A DNA stretch of 64,000 bases from Candidatus Saccharimonadota bacterium (GCA_034520885.1 JAXHNE010000005.1:77748-141747), one strand, 5' to 3'. Shown: positions 27,717 through 36,363, numbered from the stretch's first letter. The notes: generated from the letters alone by a model not told the origin. Numbers and translations: made by a program.

Positions 27717-27852
27717 TACAATATCAGCAATGATTAAAGCCATTATTTTTGACCCGCGCACCAAAATCTTTGCGCTCCACAATCTGATTACGGACTATTG
27801 CGCCCGGGATTTGGTGCGGGGCAAGTCTTTTTGGGGTAAGTATGGCAATTAA
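27717..27852 (+). other. decoy HAD start (TACAAT-7nt-ATG) opening a 40-codon uORF through hairpin E2
   Basis: ATGATTAAAGCCATTATTTTTGAC at 27730 compares with the real ATGGCAATTAAAGCCATTATTTTTGAT at 27842. The uORF stop at 27850-27852 overlaps the real start region. Confidence 0.65.
27753..27821 (+). repeat. MITE-like hairpin element E2 (diverged family member)
   Basis: CCCGCGCACCAAAATC...GATTTGGTGCGGGG, with the shared internal CACAATCTGATT. Sits 20 nt upstream of the HAD ATG. Confidence 0.75.
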
Positions 27853-28408
27853 AGCCATTATTTTTGATTTCTTCGGGGTGATTTGTTCCGACCAGTACTG
27901 GAATTACGTTAAGGCCGACCGCCAATCGGCAGGCACGTTTCGGGAGTATGCCGAGGAAGTGAACCTGGGCGAAATGTCGTGGTCCGATTTCGTAGCTAAG
28001 ATCGCGCAGGCCACGCACACCTCGGTTGACGAAGTAAAGGAGCTATATCGCTCCGAACGCATTAATCCGCGTATGGCGGAATGGATCGCCGACCTGCACG
28101 GTCGCTACAAAACCGGGCTGATTACCAACGCGCATCACGAATTCATTGACCCGCTCCTGAAAAGAAGCCACCTGGCCAAACACCTGGATAGCGTGGTCGT
28201 GTCTTCTCGGCTGGGAGTAATAAAACCCGATCCGGCGATTTTTGAAGCCGCCTTGGAGGAGCTTGGCTGCGCGCCGGAGGAAGTGATATTCATGGATGAT
28301 CTGGATCGGCACGTGGAGGCCGCGCGGAAGGTTGGCATTCAAGCCTTCCGATTCGACGATTTTACGCGGGCCAAACAACGTGTAGACCGACTTTTAAATC
28401 ACACGTGA
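27842..28408 (+). CDS. HAD-superfamily hydrolase
   Basis: N-terminal IKAIIFDFFGVI, with LITNA and FMDDLDRHV blocks. Confidence 0.82.
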   Translation: MAIKAIIFDFFGVICSDQYWNYVKADRQSAGTFREYAEEVNLGEMSWSDFVAKIAQATHTSVDEVKELYRSERINPRMAEWIADLHGRYKTGLITNAHHEFIDPLLKRSHLAKHLDSVVVSSRLGVIKPDPAIFEAALEELGCAPEEVIFMDDLDRHVEAARKVGIQAFRFDDFTRAKQRVDRLLNHT

Positions 28409-28513
28409 TATAAATAAAACTAAAATGTTTTCACACGGGAAAAGTCTATTGACTTTCACGGATTTAAGAGTGTAATGAGGGTATCTTTTCAAAATAAAAG
28501 AAAGGAAAACAAA

Positions 28514-28717
28514 ATGAATTTATACGAAATTGACGAGCCCGGTCGAGCACCAATGATTATTGGCGGTAGTGCGTTCGGGGTAGAAGACGCAAGGTATCTT
28601 CAGGAATCTATCAGAGAAGATGGACGGCGTCCCGAAGAAACCGTCGTAGGTATCGATACGCAAACGCTCGAACGGACACTTCCTGTCGCTGATCTTGCGA
28701 TCACACAATACGAATAA
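28514..28717 (+). CDS. hypothetical small protein
   Basis: 67 aa from ATG 28514, after AAAGGAAAAC. Confidence 0.4.
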   Translation: MNLYEIDEPGRAPMIIGGSAFGVEDARYLQESIREDGRRPEETVVGIDTQTLERTLPVADLAITQYE

Positions 28718-28940
28718 ATAAGCGCTTTTTTGTTTGACACATTTCTTTGAGCGTATGCAAATGCATACGAAGTGTGCCGGCCAAAGCGGCGCTGTCCACG
28801 ATGATCGTAATGCCGCGATCGTTCATTTTTACCAAGCAGTCGACACCGAACTCTTTGCGCACGAAGGATTTGATAATCTGAATTTCTTTGGGTTCGTGGA
28901 ATTCGCGGTTTCCTAAAATGTCAGCGACGGAATTACTCAT
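28701..28940 (-). CDS. DUF721/DciA-like small protein
   Basis: 79 aa. ITIIVDSAALAGTLRMHLHTLKE resembles the DUF721 core. Call is tentative. Confidence 0.45.
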   Translation of the reverse strand: MSNSVADILGNREFHEPKEIQIIKSFVRKEFGVDCLVKMNDRGITIIVDSAALAGTLRMHLHTLKEMCQTKKRLFIRIV

Positions 28941-29016
28941 ACCCCTCAGTGTAGCAGTGGATCAAACGGGGGAGAAGCGGGTACAATGGGAGCATGCCAG
29001 AACTACCGGAGGCTTG

Positions 29017-29082
29017 CCCCGCACCAACTCCTGAGCGGAGCAGTAAGCAATCAGATTGTGGAGCTTCAAGAGTTTGGTGCGG
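29017..29082 (-). repeat. MITE-like hairpin element E3a (inverted relative to E1, 1 mismatch in the core)
   Basis: CCCCGCACCAACTCC...GAGTTTGGTGCGG. Confidence 0.8.
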
Positions 29083-29102
29083 AATACATAGGGAGAATAA
29101 GT

Positions 29103-29219
29103 ATGCCAGAACTACCGGAGGCTTGCCCCGCACCAACTCCTGAGCGGAGCAGTAAGCAATCAGATTGTGGAGCTTCAAGAGTTTGGTGCGGAATACATAG
29201 GGAGAATAAGTATGCCTGA
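29103..29219 (+). other. decoy mutM start opening a 38-codon uORF through hairpin E3b
   Basis: MPELPEACPAPTPERSS.... The TGA at 29217-29219 overlaps the real ATG at 29212 (ATGCCTGA). Confidence 0.65.
29126..29191 (-). repeat. MITE-like hairpin element E3b
   Basis: Identical to E3a, 109 bp downstream. Sits 20 nt upstream of the mutM ATG. Confidence 0.8.
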
Positions 29220-30126
29220 ATTACCAGAGGTCGAAACGGTCAAAAGAGGCCTGGATCAGCTCATCGTTGGTAAGATTGTCGCTGACGTTACTTCCGACTG
29301 GGTAAAATCCTTTCCGAACGCCCAAACTGACGTAAACCAATTTTTAATGGGTGCAACCGTGCAGAAGTTACGCCGCCGTGGCAAGGCGTTGATTATTGAT
29401 CTGAATTCAAAGTATTCGCTCGTCATTCACTTGAAAATGACCGGACAGTTGGTTTTTGTTGGCCAACAAAAAAATGAGCAAAAAGCAAAAAGCAAAAAGC
29501 AAAAAGAGGTAAGATTTGGCGCGGGACATCCGACGGATAGCTTGGTAGGTGAACTGCCCGATAAGTCCACTCGCGTAACATTCACTTTTAAGGATAAATC
29601 TCGATTATTTTTTAACGATCAACGCAAATTTGGCTGGGTCAGACTACTCCCGACTATAGAAATTGAGAACCTGGACTTTATGAAAAAGCTAGGCCCAGAA
29701 CCATTGGAAAATGACTTTACGAACACAAAATTTGTTCAACGGCTACAACGCCGCAAAAACAGTGGTATAAAAGCCGTTTTATTGGATCAAACCGTGGTCG
29801 CGGGCGTTGGAAATATCTACGCGGACGAGTCGTTGTACGCCGCCAAAATCCATCCGGCAACGTTGGTAAAAGACGTTCCCCGGAACGAGTTAAAGGTACT
29901 TTTTAAAGAGCTTATAAAAGTTTTGCGCCGCGCCATAGAAAGTGGTGGCAGTACCGACAAAAACTACGTTGATGCCGAAGGTAAAAAGGGAAGTTATTTA
30001 ACATTCGCTAGGGTTTTCCGCCGGGAAGGCAAGGCGTGTGAACGCTGTGGTGATATCATCATAAAGACGAAAGTCGCCGGACGCGGCACCCACACGTGCC
30101 CGACTTGCCAAAGGAGCCACTCATGA
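29212..30126 (+). CDS. mutM: formamidopyrimidine-DNA glycosylase
   Basis: MPELPEVETVKRGL N-terminus, an H2TH region, and a zinc finger CERCG...CPTCQ. The real start is the third ATGCC(A/T)GAA copy. Confidence 0.95.
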   Translation: MPELPEVETVKRGLDQLIVGKIVADVTSDWVKSFPNAQTDVNQFLMGATVQKLRRRGKALIIDLNSKYSLVIHLKMTGQLVFVGQQKNEQKAKSKKQKEVRFGAGHPTDSLVGELPDKSTRVTFTFKDKSRLFFNDQRKFGWVRLLPTIEIENLDFMKKLGPEPLENDFTNTKFVQRLQRRKNSGIKAVLLDQTVVAGVGNIYADESLYAAKIHPATLVKDVPRNELKVLFKELIKVLRRAIESGGSTDKNYVDAEGKKGSYLTFARVFRREGKACERCGDIIIKTKVAGRGTHTCPTCQRSHS

Positions 30127-31046
30127 TTCATGTGCTAACCGGACCCAATGATTTTTTGCGTATGCAGCGAAAACGCGAACTTATCGAATCATTCGTAAAA
30201 GAACACGGAGACTTGGCGCTGGAGCGTTTTGAAGGGGAAGAGACCGAACCGGCGAAAATCCGGGAGTCGCTGGAAAGTTTGCCGTTTTTAGCCGCCAAAA
30301 AGCTGGTGGTATTGCGCGAGCCGGGCGCTAACAAAGATTTTGCGGAGTCCGCGGAAAGCTTGCTGGAAAATGTACCGGAAACGACCGATTTGATCATTGA
30401 GGAGCCGAAGTTCGATAAACGCTCCCGTTACTTTACGTATTGTAAAAAGCTCGGTGGGTTTAAGGAATTCGATCATCTCCCCGAACCGGCGCTAAAAAAA
30501 TGGGCGCCCGATTACGTGAAGAAATGGCAGGCGAGAATTGAACCGCAAGCCGCGGGGGAGCTTATTCGTCGCGCTGGCACCGATCAACTTAAATTGGCCA
30601 ACGAGCTGGATAAGTTATGCATGTTTACCGCCGACATCGACGTGGAAGCCGTGAATCAACTGGTTATGGCCACGCCGTCAAGCACTATTTTCGAGCTCAT
30701 CGACGCCGCGTTTTCAGGGGATGTCCAACGTGCGGTTCGTCTGTATGATGAGCAACGGGCGCTGCAGGTAGAGCCTTTGCATATCGTGGCTATGTTCGCC
30801 TGGCAATTTCACGTACTAGCCATCGTGAAAGCCGCGGATGATATGCCACCGGGCGAAATTGCCAAACGGGCCAAGCTAAATCCTTATGTGGTACAAAAAA
30901 CCGGGCGAATTGCCCGCAAGCTCAGCCTTGGCGAGATAAAAACTTACGTACGAGCATTGCGTCGATTGGACGAAAAGTTGAAAAGCACGCGCATGAACGC
31001 CGACGACGCGCTAAAAAGCTTTATTATTTCTTTGCCCGCCCGGTAG
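30123..31046 (+). CDS. holA: DNA polymerase III delta subunit
   Basis: 307 aa from ATG 30123 after AAAGGAG. ATGA overlap with mutM. Delta-like LPFLAAKKLVVL and STIFELIDA blocks. Confidence 0.8.
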   Translation: MIHVLTGPNDFLRMQRKRELIESFVKEHGDLALERFEGEETEPAKIRESLESLPFLAAKKLVVLREPGANKDFAESAESLLENVPETTDLIIEEPKFDKRSRYFTYCKKLGGFKEFDHLPEPALKKWAPDYVKKWQARIEPQAAGELIRRAGTDQLKLANELDKLCMFTADIDVEAVNQLVMATPSSTIFELIDAAFSGDVQRAVRLYDEQRALQVEPLHIVAMFAWQFHVLAIVKAADDMPPGEIAKRAKLNPYVVQKTGRIARKLSLGEIKTYVRALRRLDEKLKSTRMNADDALKSFIISLPAR

Positions 31047-31467
31047 TCTTTTTCGTGGTAGATTTTTTGGCGGTGGTTTTCTTGGCGGCCGGCTTTTTCG
31101 CGGCGGGTTTTGCGGGAGCCGCTTTTTTCTTGGTGGAAGCCGAACTCTTCGCGGAAGTCTTTTTAGCCGGTGTCTTGGCGGTGGACTTCTTGGTGCTTGC
31201 GGCCGGCTTTATCCCGGCGGCTTTGGCCGCGGCGGCGAGCTGCGTCTTTTTACGAGCCACTTTGTTCTTGTGTAAGATGTTCTTCTTGGCGGCGGTGTCC
31301 AGCGCGCTTTGGGCGGCGTTAAGCGCTTCGGCGACCTTCTTTTTGGACTTTACGGCGGCGTCGAAATCCTTCAACGCCTGTTTAAGATCACGCTTGGTTT
31401 TACGGTTACGAATGGCGGCCTTTTGGGCCACTTTGACACGCTTGCGTGCCGACTTAATGATTGGCAT
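31024..31467 (-). CDS. rpsT: 30S ribosomal protein S20 with a ~60-aa Ala/Lys-rich C-terminal tail
   Basis: SARKRVKVAQKAAIRNRKTKRDLK...HKNKVARKK, then the AAKKPAAKK tail. Confidence 0.9.
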   Translation of the reverse strand: MPIIKSARKRVKVAQKAAIRNRKTKRDLKQALKDFDAAVKSKKKVAEALNAAQSALDTAAKKNILHKNKVARKKTQLAAAAKAAGIKPAASTKKSTAKTPAKKTSAKSSASTKKKAAPAKPAAKKPAAKKTTAKKSTTKKTTGRAKK

Positions 31468-31547
31468 TCATGCTCCTTCAATTACTGACTGCTAAAAGAT
31501 TAATAAAAGTCGGATTTGACTGTAACAGCATCCCCCCTGTTTGTAAA

Positions 31548-31629
31548 CCCAGTAGTGAGCCTTCGAGACTCCGCCCGTAGGGCGGACTGGCTCGCTGTTC
31601 GCGAGCCCACTCGAAGATCTACTACGGGG
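31548..31629. other. Y-shaped structured element between rpsT and the NrnA-like gene
   Basis: Outer stem CTTCGAG/CTCGAAG encloses the hairpins CCGCCC-GTA-GGGCGG and GGCTCGC-TGTTC-GCGAGCC, extended by CCCAGTAGT/ACTACGGGG. Confidence 0.5.
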
Positions 31630-31732
31630 TAATTTCCCGATGAAGTAAAGGCCAGATTCCTTCATCTTGCCGACTATAGTGGACAGCCGTAAGCGTTTAT
31701 GATATCTTTTGATTAAGGATTAGAAAATAAAA

Positions 31733-33784
31733 ATGGAAAATCAAAAAACAGAAGTAATCCAAACCATAAAAGACGCACAAAACGTGTTGGTTACCGTCAG
31801 CAAGGATCCTTCGATCGACCAACTGGCCGCGGCCATCGGTATGACGCTGATACTTAATAAAATGGGCAAACACGGCACGGCGGTGTTCAGCGGCACGGCG
31901 CCATCCACGTTAGAGTTTCTAAAACCGGAAGAAACACTGGAGAAGAACACCGACAGCCTACGGGATTTTATTATTTCGCTGGACAAATCCAAGGCCGACA
32001 AGCTGCGCTATAAAGTGGAAGACCAGCACGTAAAAATCTTCATTACCCCTTATCGTACGACGATTGGCGAGCAAGATTTGGTGTTTAGCCACGGTGATTT
32101 TAACGTTGACGTGGTATTGGCGCTCGGCGTGCACCAGCAAAACGAACTCGACCAGGCTATCACCGCTCACGGGCGGATTTTGCACGACGCCAAGATCGTG
32201 TCCGTAAATGCCGGCAAACCGGGCGAGCTCGGCGGAATTAACTTGAACGAACAAAACGTTAGTAGCTTGTCGGAAGTAATGGCCGACATGAGCTTGGAGA
32301 TTCAAAAAGACGTTTTTGATCAGCAGATCGCTACGGCGCTTCTAACGGGAATCGTGGCCGAGACCGAGCGGTTCAGTAACGAAAAAACCAAACCGGAAAC
32401 CATGTCGATTAGCGCCAAACTCATGGCCGCCGGTGCCAATCAGCAGTTAGTCGCTACTAAACTACAAGTCCAACCGGAGCCTTCGGAACCGACTCCACAA
32501 CAGGGGCAAGCCGAGCAAGCGGAAGGTGAAGGTAAAAATCCGAACGAATCGGCGGACTCCATTAAGCACGAGGACGGGTCTTTACAAATAAAGCACACCG
32601 AACCTCCAAAAAAGCAGCAAACGAGTGAACAATCACAAAATGCGGGCGACCCCCCGCAAAGCGACAATGAAGTCCACGTCGACGAAGAAGGCAATTTCAA
32701 ATCCGCGCACATGGACGAACTACCGCCCATAAAAACCGAAAATAAAGCCGGTACTTTGGAAAAGGAAGCCGGTACCAACGAACCTCCGAAAAACGACAAC
32801 GAGCCACTTAAACGCAAGCGCATGATTTTGGATCCGCCGTCCAGCGGCAGTACGCTCACTGCCAGTGGTAAGGACGAGCCGGAAGGCACCAGTGACCCGC
32901 TAAGCAAACCGGTAAACGAAGGGCCGATGCTCACGCACGACGATCAAAAGTCCCGGCCGCCGGAATCAGGTAATACGAATGATCAATCCACGCCACCAAA
33001 GGCGGCGGAGGCGCCCGCGGAAAACGCTCCGGCTCTCCCCAAAGCGGATAATCAAACACCGGGTAACTCTCCGACACCCGCTTCGAGCACGCCCAAGGAA
33101 CCCGAAGAAAACCCGAAAACGGCTCCGTCCGAGACATCGAAAGATACGTCAAAACAGCCGCTTAACGGAAACCAAACGCTTGATTCTTTGGAAAAACGCG
33201 TGGACAGCCCACACCAACACCAAACGGAGAAAAAAGCCCAAAGTCCGCCGGAACCACCGGCAACGAATAACCAACCTGGCGGCGGTGGTAAAGCCCCGGA
33301 TTCTTCGGATTCGGTCTCCGAAACGGCAAACCAGTCCGATACCGACAAAGCCGAAGCGCCGGATATCGGTCAATTGCAAAATGCCGTAGACAAAGCGCTG
33401 GCTAATTCCGGTGATCAAAAACCGCAGGAGCCAATTAAAGCCCTTAACGCCAACCCCGTGGATTTGGACTTAGGGCATGATGATCAGCAAAACGGCAATC
33501 AACCCGCCACCTCTGGCGATAATAGCGATGATGGCTACCTGGACGTCAATAAGTTGGACGAGCAAACCGGTCTGGAAAAGAGTTCATCCTCAGATCCGGC
33601 GCAACCCGAACAACCCCAAAACCAACAAAAACCGAAGTTTCCGCCGGATCCTAAACCCGCTCCGTCAACTGACGCCGCCTCGCCGGCTTCTTCGCCGCCG
33701 CCAGTACCGCCGCCGATGATGCCACCCAAGCAAGGTCAAGATGACAACGGCGACGATCTGAATTTGCCACCCGTACAGCGGTAG
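31733..33784 (+). CDS. NrnA/DHH-family-like protein with degenerate catalytic motifs, fused to a ~440-aa disordered tail
   Basis: The first ~240 aa align by eye to NrnA (ALLTGIVAETERFSN in place of TDTGxF; VSKDPSIDQLAAAIG in place of HxxPDGDxxGS). The rest is P/Q/E/S/N/K-rich. Confidence 0.6.
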   Translation: MENQKTEVIQTIKDAQNVLVTVSKDPSIDQLAAAIGMTLILNKMGKHGTAVFSGTAPSTLEFLKPEETLEKNTDSLRDFIISLDKSKADKLRYKVEDQHVKIFITPYRTTIGEQDLVFSHGDFNVDVVLALGVHQQNELDQAITAHGRILHDAKIVSVNAGKPGELGGINLNEQNVSSLSEVMADMSLEIQKDVFDQQIATALLTGIVAETERFSNEKTKPETMSISAKLMAAGANQQLVATKLQVQPEPSEPTPQQGQAEQAEGEGKNPNESADSIKHEDGSLQIKHTEPPKKQQTSEQSQNAGDPPQSDNEVHVDEEGNFKSAHMDELPPIKTENKAGTLEKEAGTNEPPKNDNEPLKRKRMILDPPSSGSTLTASGKDEPEGTSDPLSKPVNEGPMLTHDDQKSRPPESGNTNDQSTPPKAAEAPAENAPALPKADNQTPGNSPTPASSTPKEPEENPKTAPSETSKDTSKQPLNGNQTLDSLEKRVDSPHQHQTEKKAQSPPEPPATNNQPGGGGKAPDSSDSVSETANQSDTDKAEAPDIGQLQNAVDKALANSGDQKPQEPIKALNANPVDLDLGHDDQQNGNQPATSGDNSDDGYLDVNKLDEQTGLEKSSSSDPAQPEQPQNQQKPKFPPDPKPAPSTDAASPASSPPPVPPPMMPPKQGQDDNGDDLNLPPVQR

Positions 33785-33843
33785 TTGTTAGAAGTTAGAA
33801 GTTAGTTGTTAGAAGTTGGAAGTTAGAAGATGGAAGATAAGAT
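33780..33843 (+). repeat. C-free GTTAGAAG word tract 3' of the NrnA-like gene
   Basis: 64 nt without C, followed by the hairpin GAAGATA-AGATC-TATCTTC. Confidence 0.8.
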
Positions 33844-33958
33844 CTATCTTCTGACGTCTAGATTCTAACGTCTATTTAGTATGGTCGTGCAAGGAAAGTA
33901 CGCTACATTTACCAAGAGTTTTCAGTACTTGAATACTCGAGCTGGTACACTTTAGATT

Positions 33959-34702
33959 ATGTTTGACGGACTGTTATTAATAGATAAGGAAAAAGGCTGG
34001 ACGAGCCACGACGTAGTAGCCAAAATCCGTGGCGCTCTGCGCCACGAGCTAAAAGCTCGTAGCCAGTCAACGGACAACGCTCAACAAACAACGCCGGCCA
34101 AGCGTCGGGTGAAGGTGGGTCATACGGGAACGCTCGACCCGGCCGCAACCGGTTTATTAGTGCTCGTGGTCGGCAGCTATTGCAAGCGGGCACAAGAGTT
34201 CTCCAAGCTGGACAAAACCTACGAAGTCACCATGAAGTTGGGCTACACCTCGACCACCGGCGATAGCGAAGGCGTTATTAGTAAAAAGCAAAACGTAAAA
34301 AGCAAAAAACCGACAGAACAGGATTTAAGGCGGGTATGCGCCGATTTTATGGGTGAAATCAAACAAACGCCGCCGGCTTATAGCGCGGTAAAAGTAAACG
34401 GCCAGCGGGCTTATGCGCTTGCTCGCGCCGGAAAAGAAGTAAACCTAGAACCCAGAAAAGTGACTATCTATCAACTATCAATTACCAACTATGCTTACCC
34501 AGAGGTACGTTTCACTTGCCGGGTAAGTAGCGGCACCTACATTCGTAGTTTGGTAGAAGATATCGGCGAAAAACACGGAACCGGCGCCTACATGACGGAT
34601 TTAAGACGCCTACGCGTCGGCTCGTTCGACCTGAAAGACGCGTACACGGTTGACCAGCTGCAAAACAAGCCAATTAGAGAAATTTTGAAGGCAACGGTAT
34701 GA
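33959..34702 (+). CDS. truB: tRNA pseudouridine(55) synthase
   Basis: GLLLIDKEKGWTSHDVV and VGHTGTLDPAATGLLVL (catalytic Asp). Confidence 0.95.
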   Translation: MFDGLLLIDKEKGWTSHDVVAKIRGALRHELKARSQSTDNAQQTTPAKRRVKVGHTGTLDPAATGLLVLVVGSYCKRAQEFSKLDKTYEVTMKLGYTSTTGDSEGVISKKQNVKSKKPTEQDLRRVCADFMGEIKQTPPAYSAVKVNGQRAYALARAGKEVNLEPRKVTIYQLSITNYAYPEVRFTCRVSSGTYIRSLVEDIGEKHGTGAYMTDLRRLRVGSFDLKDAYTVDQLQNKPIREILKATV

Positions 34703-36363
34703 TCGCTAACATCAACATCGAAGAAAAATCGTTCGGCAATAACCTTTTGTACGAGAATTTGTCGCTCAAAATCCAAGCCGGCGAAAAACTGGGATTTATC
34801 GGGCGTAACGGTACGGGCAAAACCACCCTGTTTCATATGCTCACCGGCGAGGATAAAGATTTTGCGGGTGATATTGAGTTCCAGCGAAACTTAATAGTGG
34901 CGAGTTCCCGCCAGGAACACCACGGGTTCGAAGATTCGCCCGTTTTGCCGTTTATTTTAGAGGATTTGCCGCAGTACAAACGCCTTAAAAACATTATAGA
35001 TACCTATCCGGAGCACATGGGCAGCAACCCCAAAAAGATGGAAGTGTTCAGCGAAGCTCTGGAACAGTTCAGCTCGCTGGGATATTACCAAGTAGAGGAA
35101 GAAATCCGGCGAAGCCTCCAAGCGTACGGGCTGCAAGAGAGCCACATCGAGGGTACAATCGGGCAACTTTCCGGCGGGCAGAAACGTTTCGTAGAGCTGG
35201 CAAAACTGCAACACAGCAAAGCGGATTTAATTTTGATCGATGAGCCGACCAACCACATGGATTACGCCGCAAAAGAGCTTTTTCTGGAGTGGCTTAAACA
35301 CGAGAAAGCCGCGGTGATGGTGATTACGCACGATCGCGACGTACTGAAAGCGGTGGATAGAATTATCGAAATACGGGACGGCAAAAGCTACAGTTTCCGC
35401 GGCAATTATGACGATTATTTGCGCACCAACACCTCGCAAATTACCAGTGAAGTCAATGAATACGAGGTTACCCAGCGGCGGATTTCCAACTTAAAAGACG
35501 AAGTGTTGCGGTTTCAGCGCTTAAAGGAGAAAGCCCGCAATCCCGGCACTATCCAGCGCTTTAAAAGCCAGGAACAACGCGCGCGGAAGGAACTCGAGCG
35601 GCTAAGCAAACAAGCCAAGCCAAGTTTTTGGATAGACAAAGAATCCGTCCAAGGACTCAACAACAAGCTGGCGGACGCTTATGACGAACACAAAGCCCGC
35701 AATATTCGCATACGGGCGCGCACCAGCGAGACAAAATCACGCAGATTACTGGTAGAGGCGCACAAAGTAGTGCTGAGCTATGGCGACGAACCGCTGTTTG
35801 ATGAAGTTTCGTTTCAGCTGCGCGAAGGTGAGCGTTTGCGCCTGCATGGACGTAACGGAGCCGGAAAAACCACTTTGGTAAACGCGATTTTGGCCGAAAA
35901 CCGTGGCGCTTCAACGAAGAGCAACGTCTTGAGCGGATACATCTCTACCGAAAAAGGGCTCAAAATCGGTGACTACAAACAAGAAATCGATGGAACGTAC
36001 TTAAACCGCAAACTTAAAGACGCGGTAGAACACGTTTTGTTAAAAAAGAACGTAAATGCCAGCGATCAGAAAATACGCCAGTTACTGAGCGACTACTTAT
36101 TCCAGCCGGAAAGTGACGGAGAAATGCCGGTGTCGCGCTTAAGCGGCGGCCAAAAAGCCCGTTTTCAGCTAATGAGCATGCTGGCGGATGACCCCATGGT
36201 GTTGATTTTAGACGAACCCACCAACCATCTGGATTTGCCAAGCATTGAGGAACTGGAACAAGCTCTCAAGCAATATCACGGCGCGATTATCTATATTTCC
36301 CACGACAGTTACTTCACCCAAAACATCGGTGGGGAACAAGTAAACATTGACAAAATAGTATAA
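34699..36363 (+). CDS. ABC-F family ATPase
   Basis: Two ABC cassettes (GRNGTGKTT/LSGGQKRF/LILIDEPTNHMD and GRNGAGKTT/LSGGQKARF/LILDEPTNHLD) with a charged linker and no TM segment. Confidence 0.93.
   Translation: MIANINIEEKSFGNNLLYENLSLKIQAGEKLGFIGRNGTGKTTLFHMLTGEDKDFAGDIEFQRNLIVASSRQEHHGFEDSPVLPFILEDLPQYKRLKNIIDTYPEHMGSNPKKMEVFSEALEQFSSLGYYQVEEEIRRSLQAYGLQESHIEGTIGQLSGGQKRFVELAKLQHSKADLILIDEPTNHMDYAAKELFLEWLKHEKAAVMVITHDRDVLKAVDRIIEIRDGKSYSFRGNYDDYLRTNTSQITSEVNEYEVTQRRISNLKDEVLRFQRLKEKARNPGTIQRFKSQEQRARKELERLSKQAKPSFWIDKESVQGLNNKLADAYDEHKARNIRIRARTSETKSRRLLVEAHKVVLSYGDEPLFDEVSFQLREGERLRLHGRNGAGKTTLVNAILAENRGASTKSNVLSGYISTEKGLKIGDYKQEIDGTYLNRKLKDAVEHVLLKKNVNASDQKIRQLLSDYLFQPESDGEMPVSRLSGGQKARFQLMSMLADDPMVLILDEPTNHLDLPSIEELEQALKQYHGAIIYISHDSYFTQNIGGEQVNIDKIV

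Larger units (their letters stand above)
28994..29211 (+). repeat. 109-bp tandem repeat x2 (decoy mutM start + hairpin + SD-like GGGAGAATAAGT)
   Basis: ATGCCAGAACTACCGGAGG occurs at 28994 and 29103. The real ATGCCTGAATTACCAGAGG is at 29212. The period is exactly 109. Confidence 0.9.

Noticed and set aside
28933-29219. ORFs 28933-29178 (-) and 28986-29219 (+), and the N-terminal extension of ORF 29167-30126
   Set aside because: They are read-through of the 109-bp tandem hairpin repeat. The peptide similarity (KLHNLIAYCSAQELVRG) recurs wherever the element occurs and simply follows from nucleotide identity. The stem covariation in E2 argues for structure rather than coding.
28994-29232. T4 gene-60-style translational bypass from the decoy MPELPE codons to the real ones
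   Set aside because: This is formally possible because the take-off and landing codons match. It is unnecessary, because the real gene has its own SD-like sequence and ATG. The decoy uORFs end in normal stops, and there is no stop codon immediately after the putative take-off site.
31055-31495. 146-aa plus-strand ORF rich in A/F/L
   Set aside because: It is the antisense frame of the Ala/Lys-rich rpsT gene. The same applies to other long antisense ORFs inside GC-rich genes, such as 1656-2207, 3229-3627, 15509-16204, 16273-16788 and 32440-32934.
31548-31629. The cloverleaf-like fold as a tRNA
   Set aside because: There is no GTTCRANNC T-loop and no D-loop signature. There are only two internal hairpins and no anticodon arm of correct geometry.
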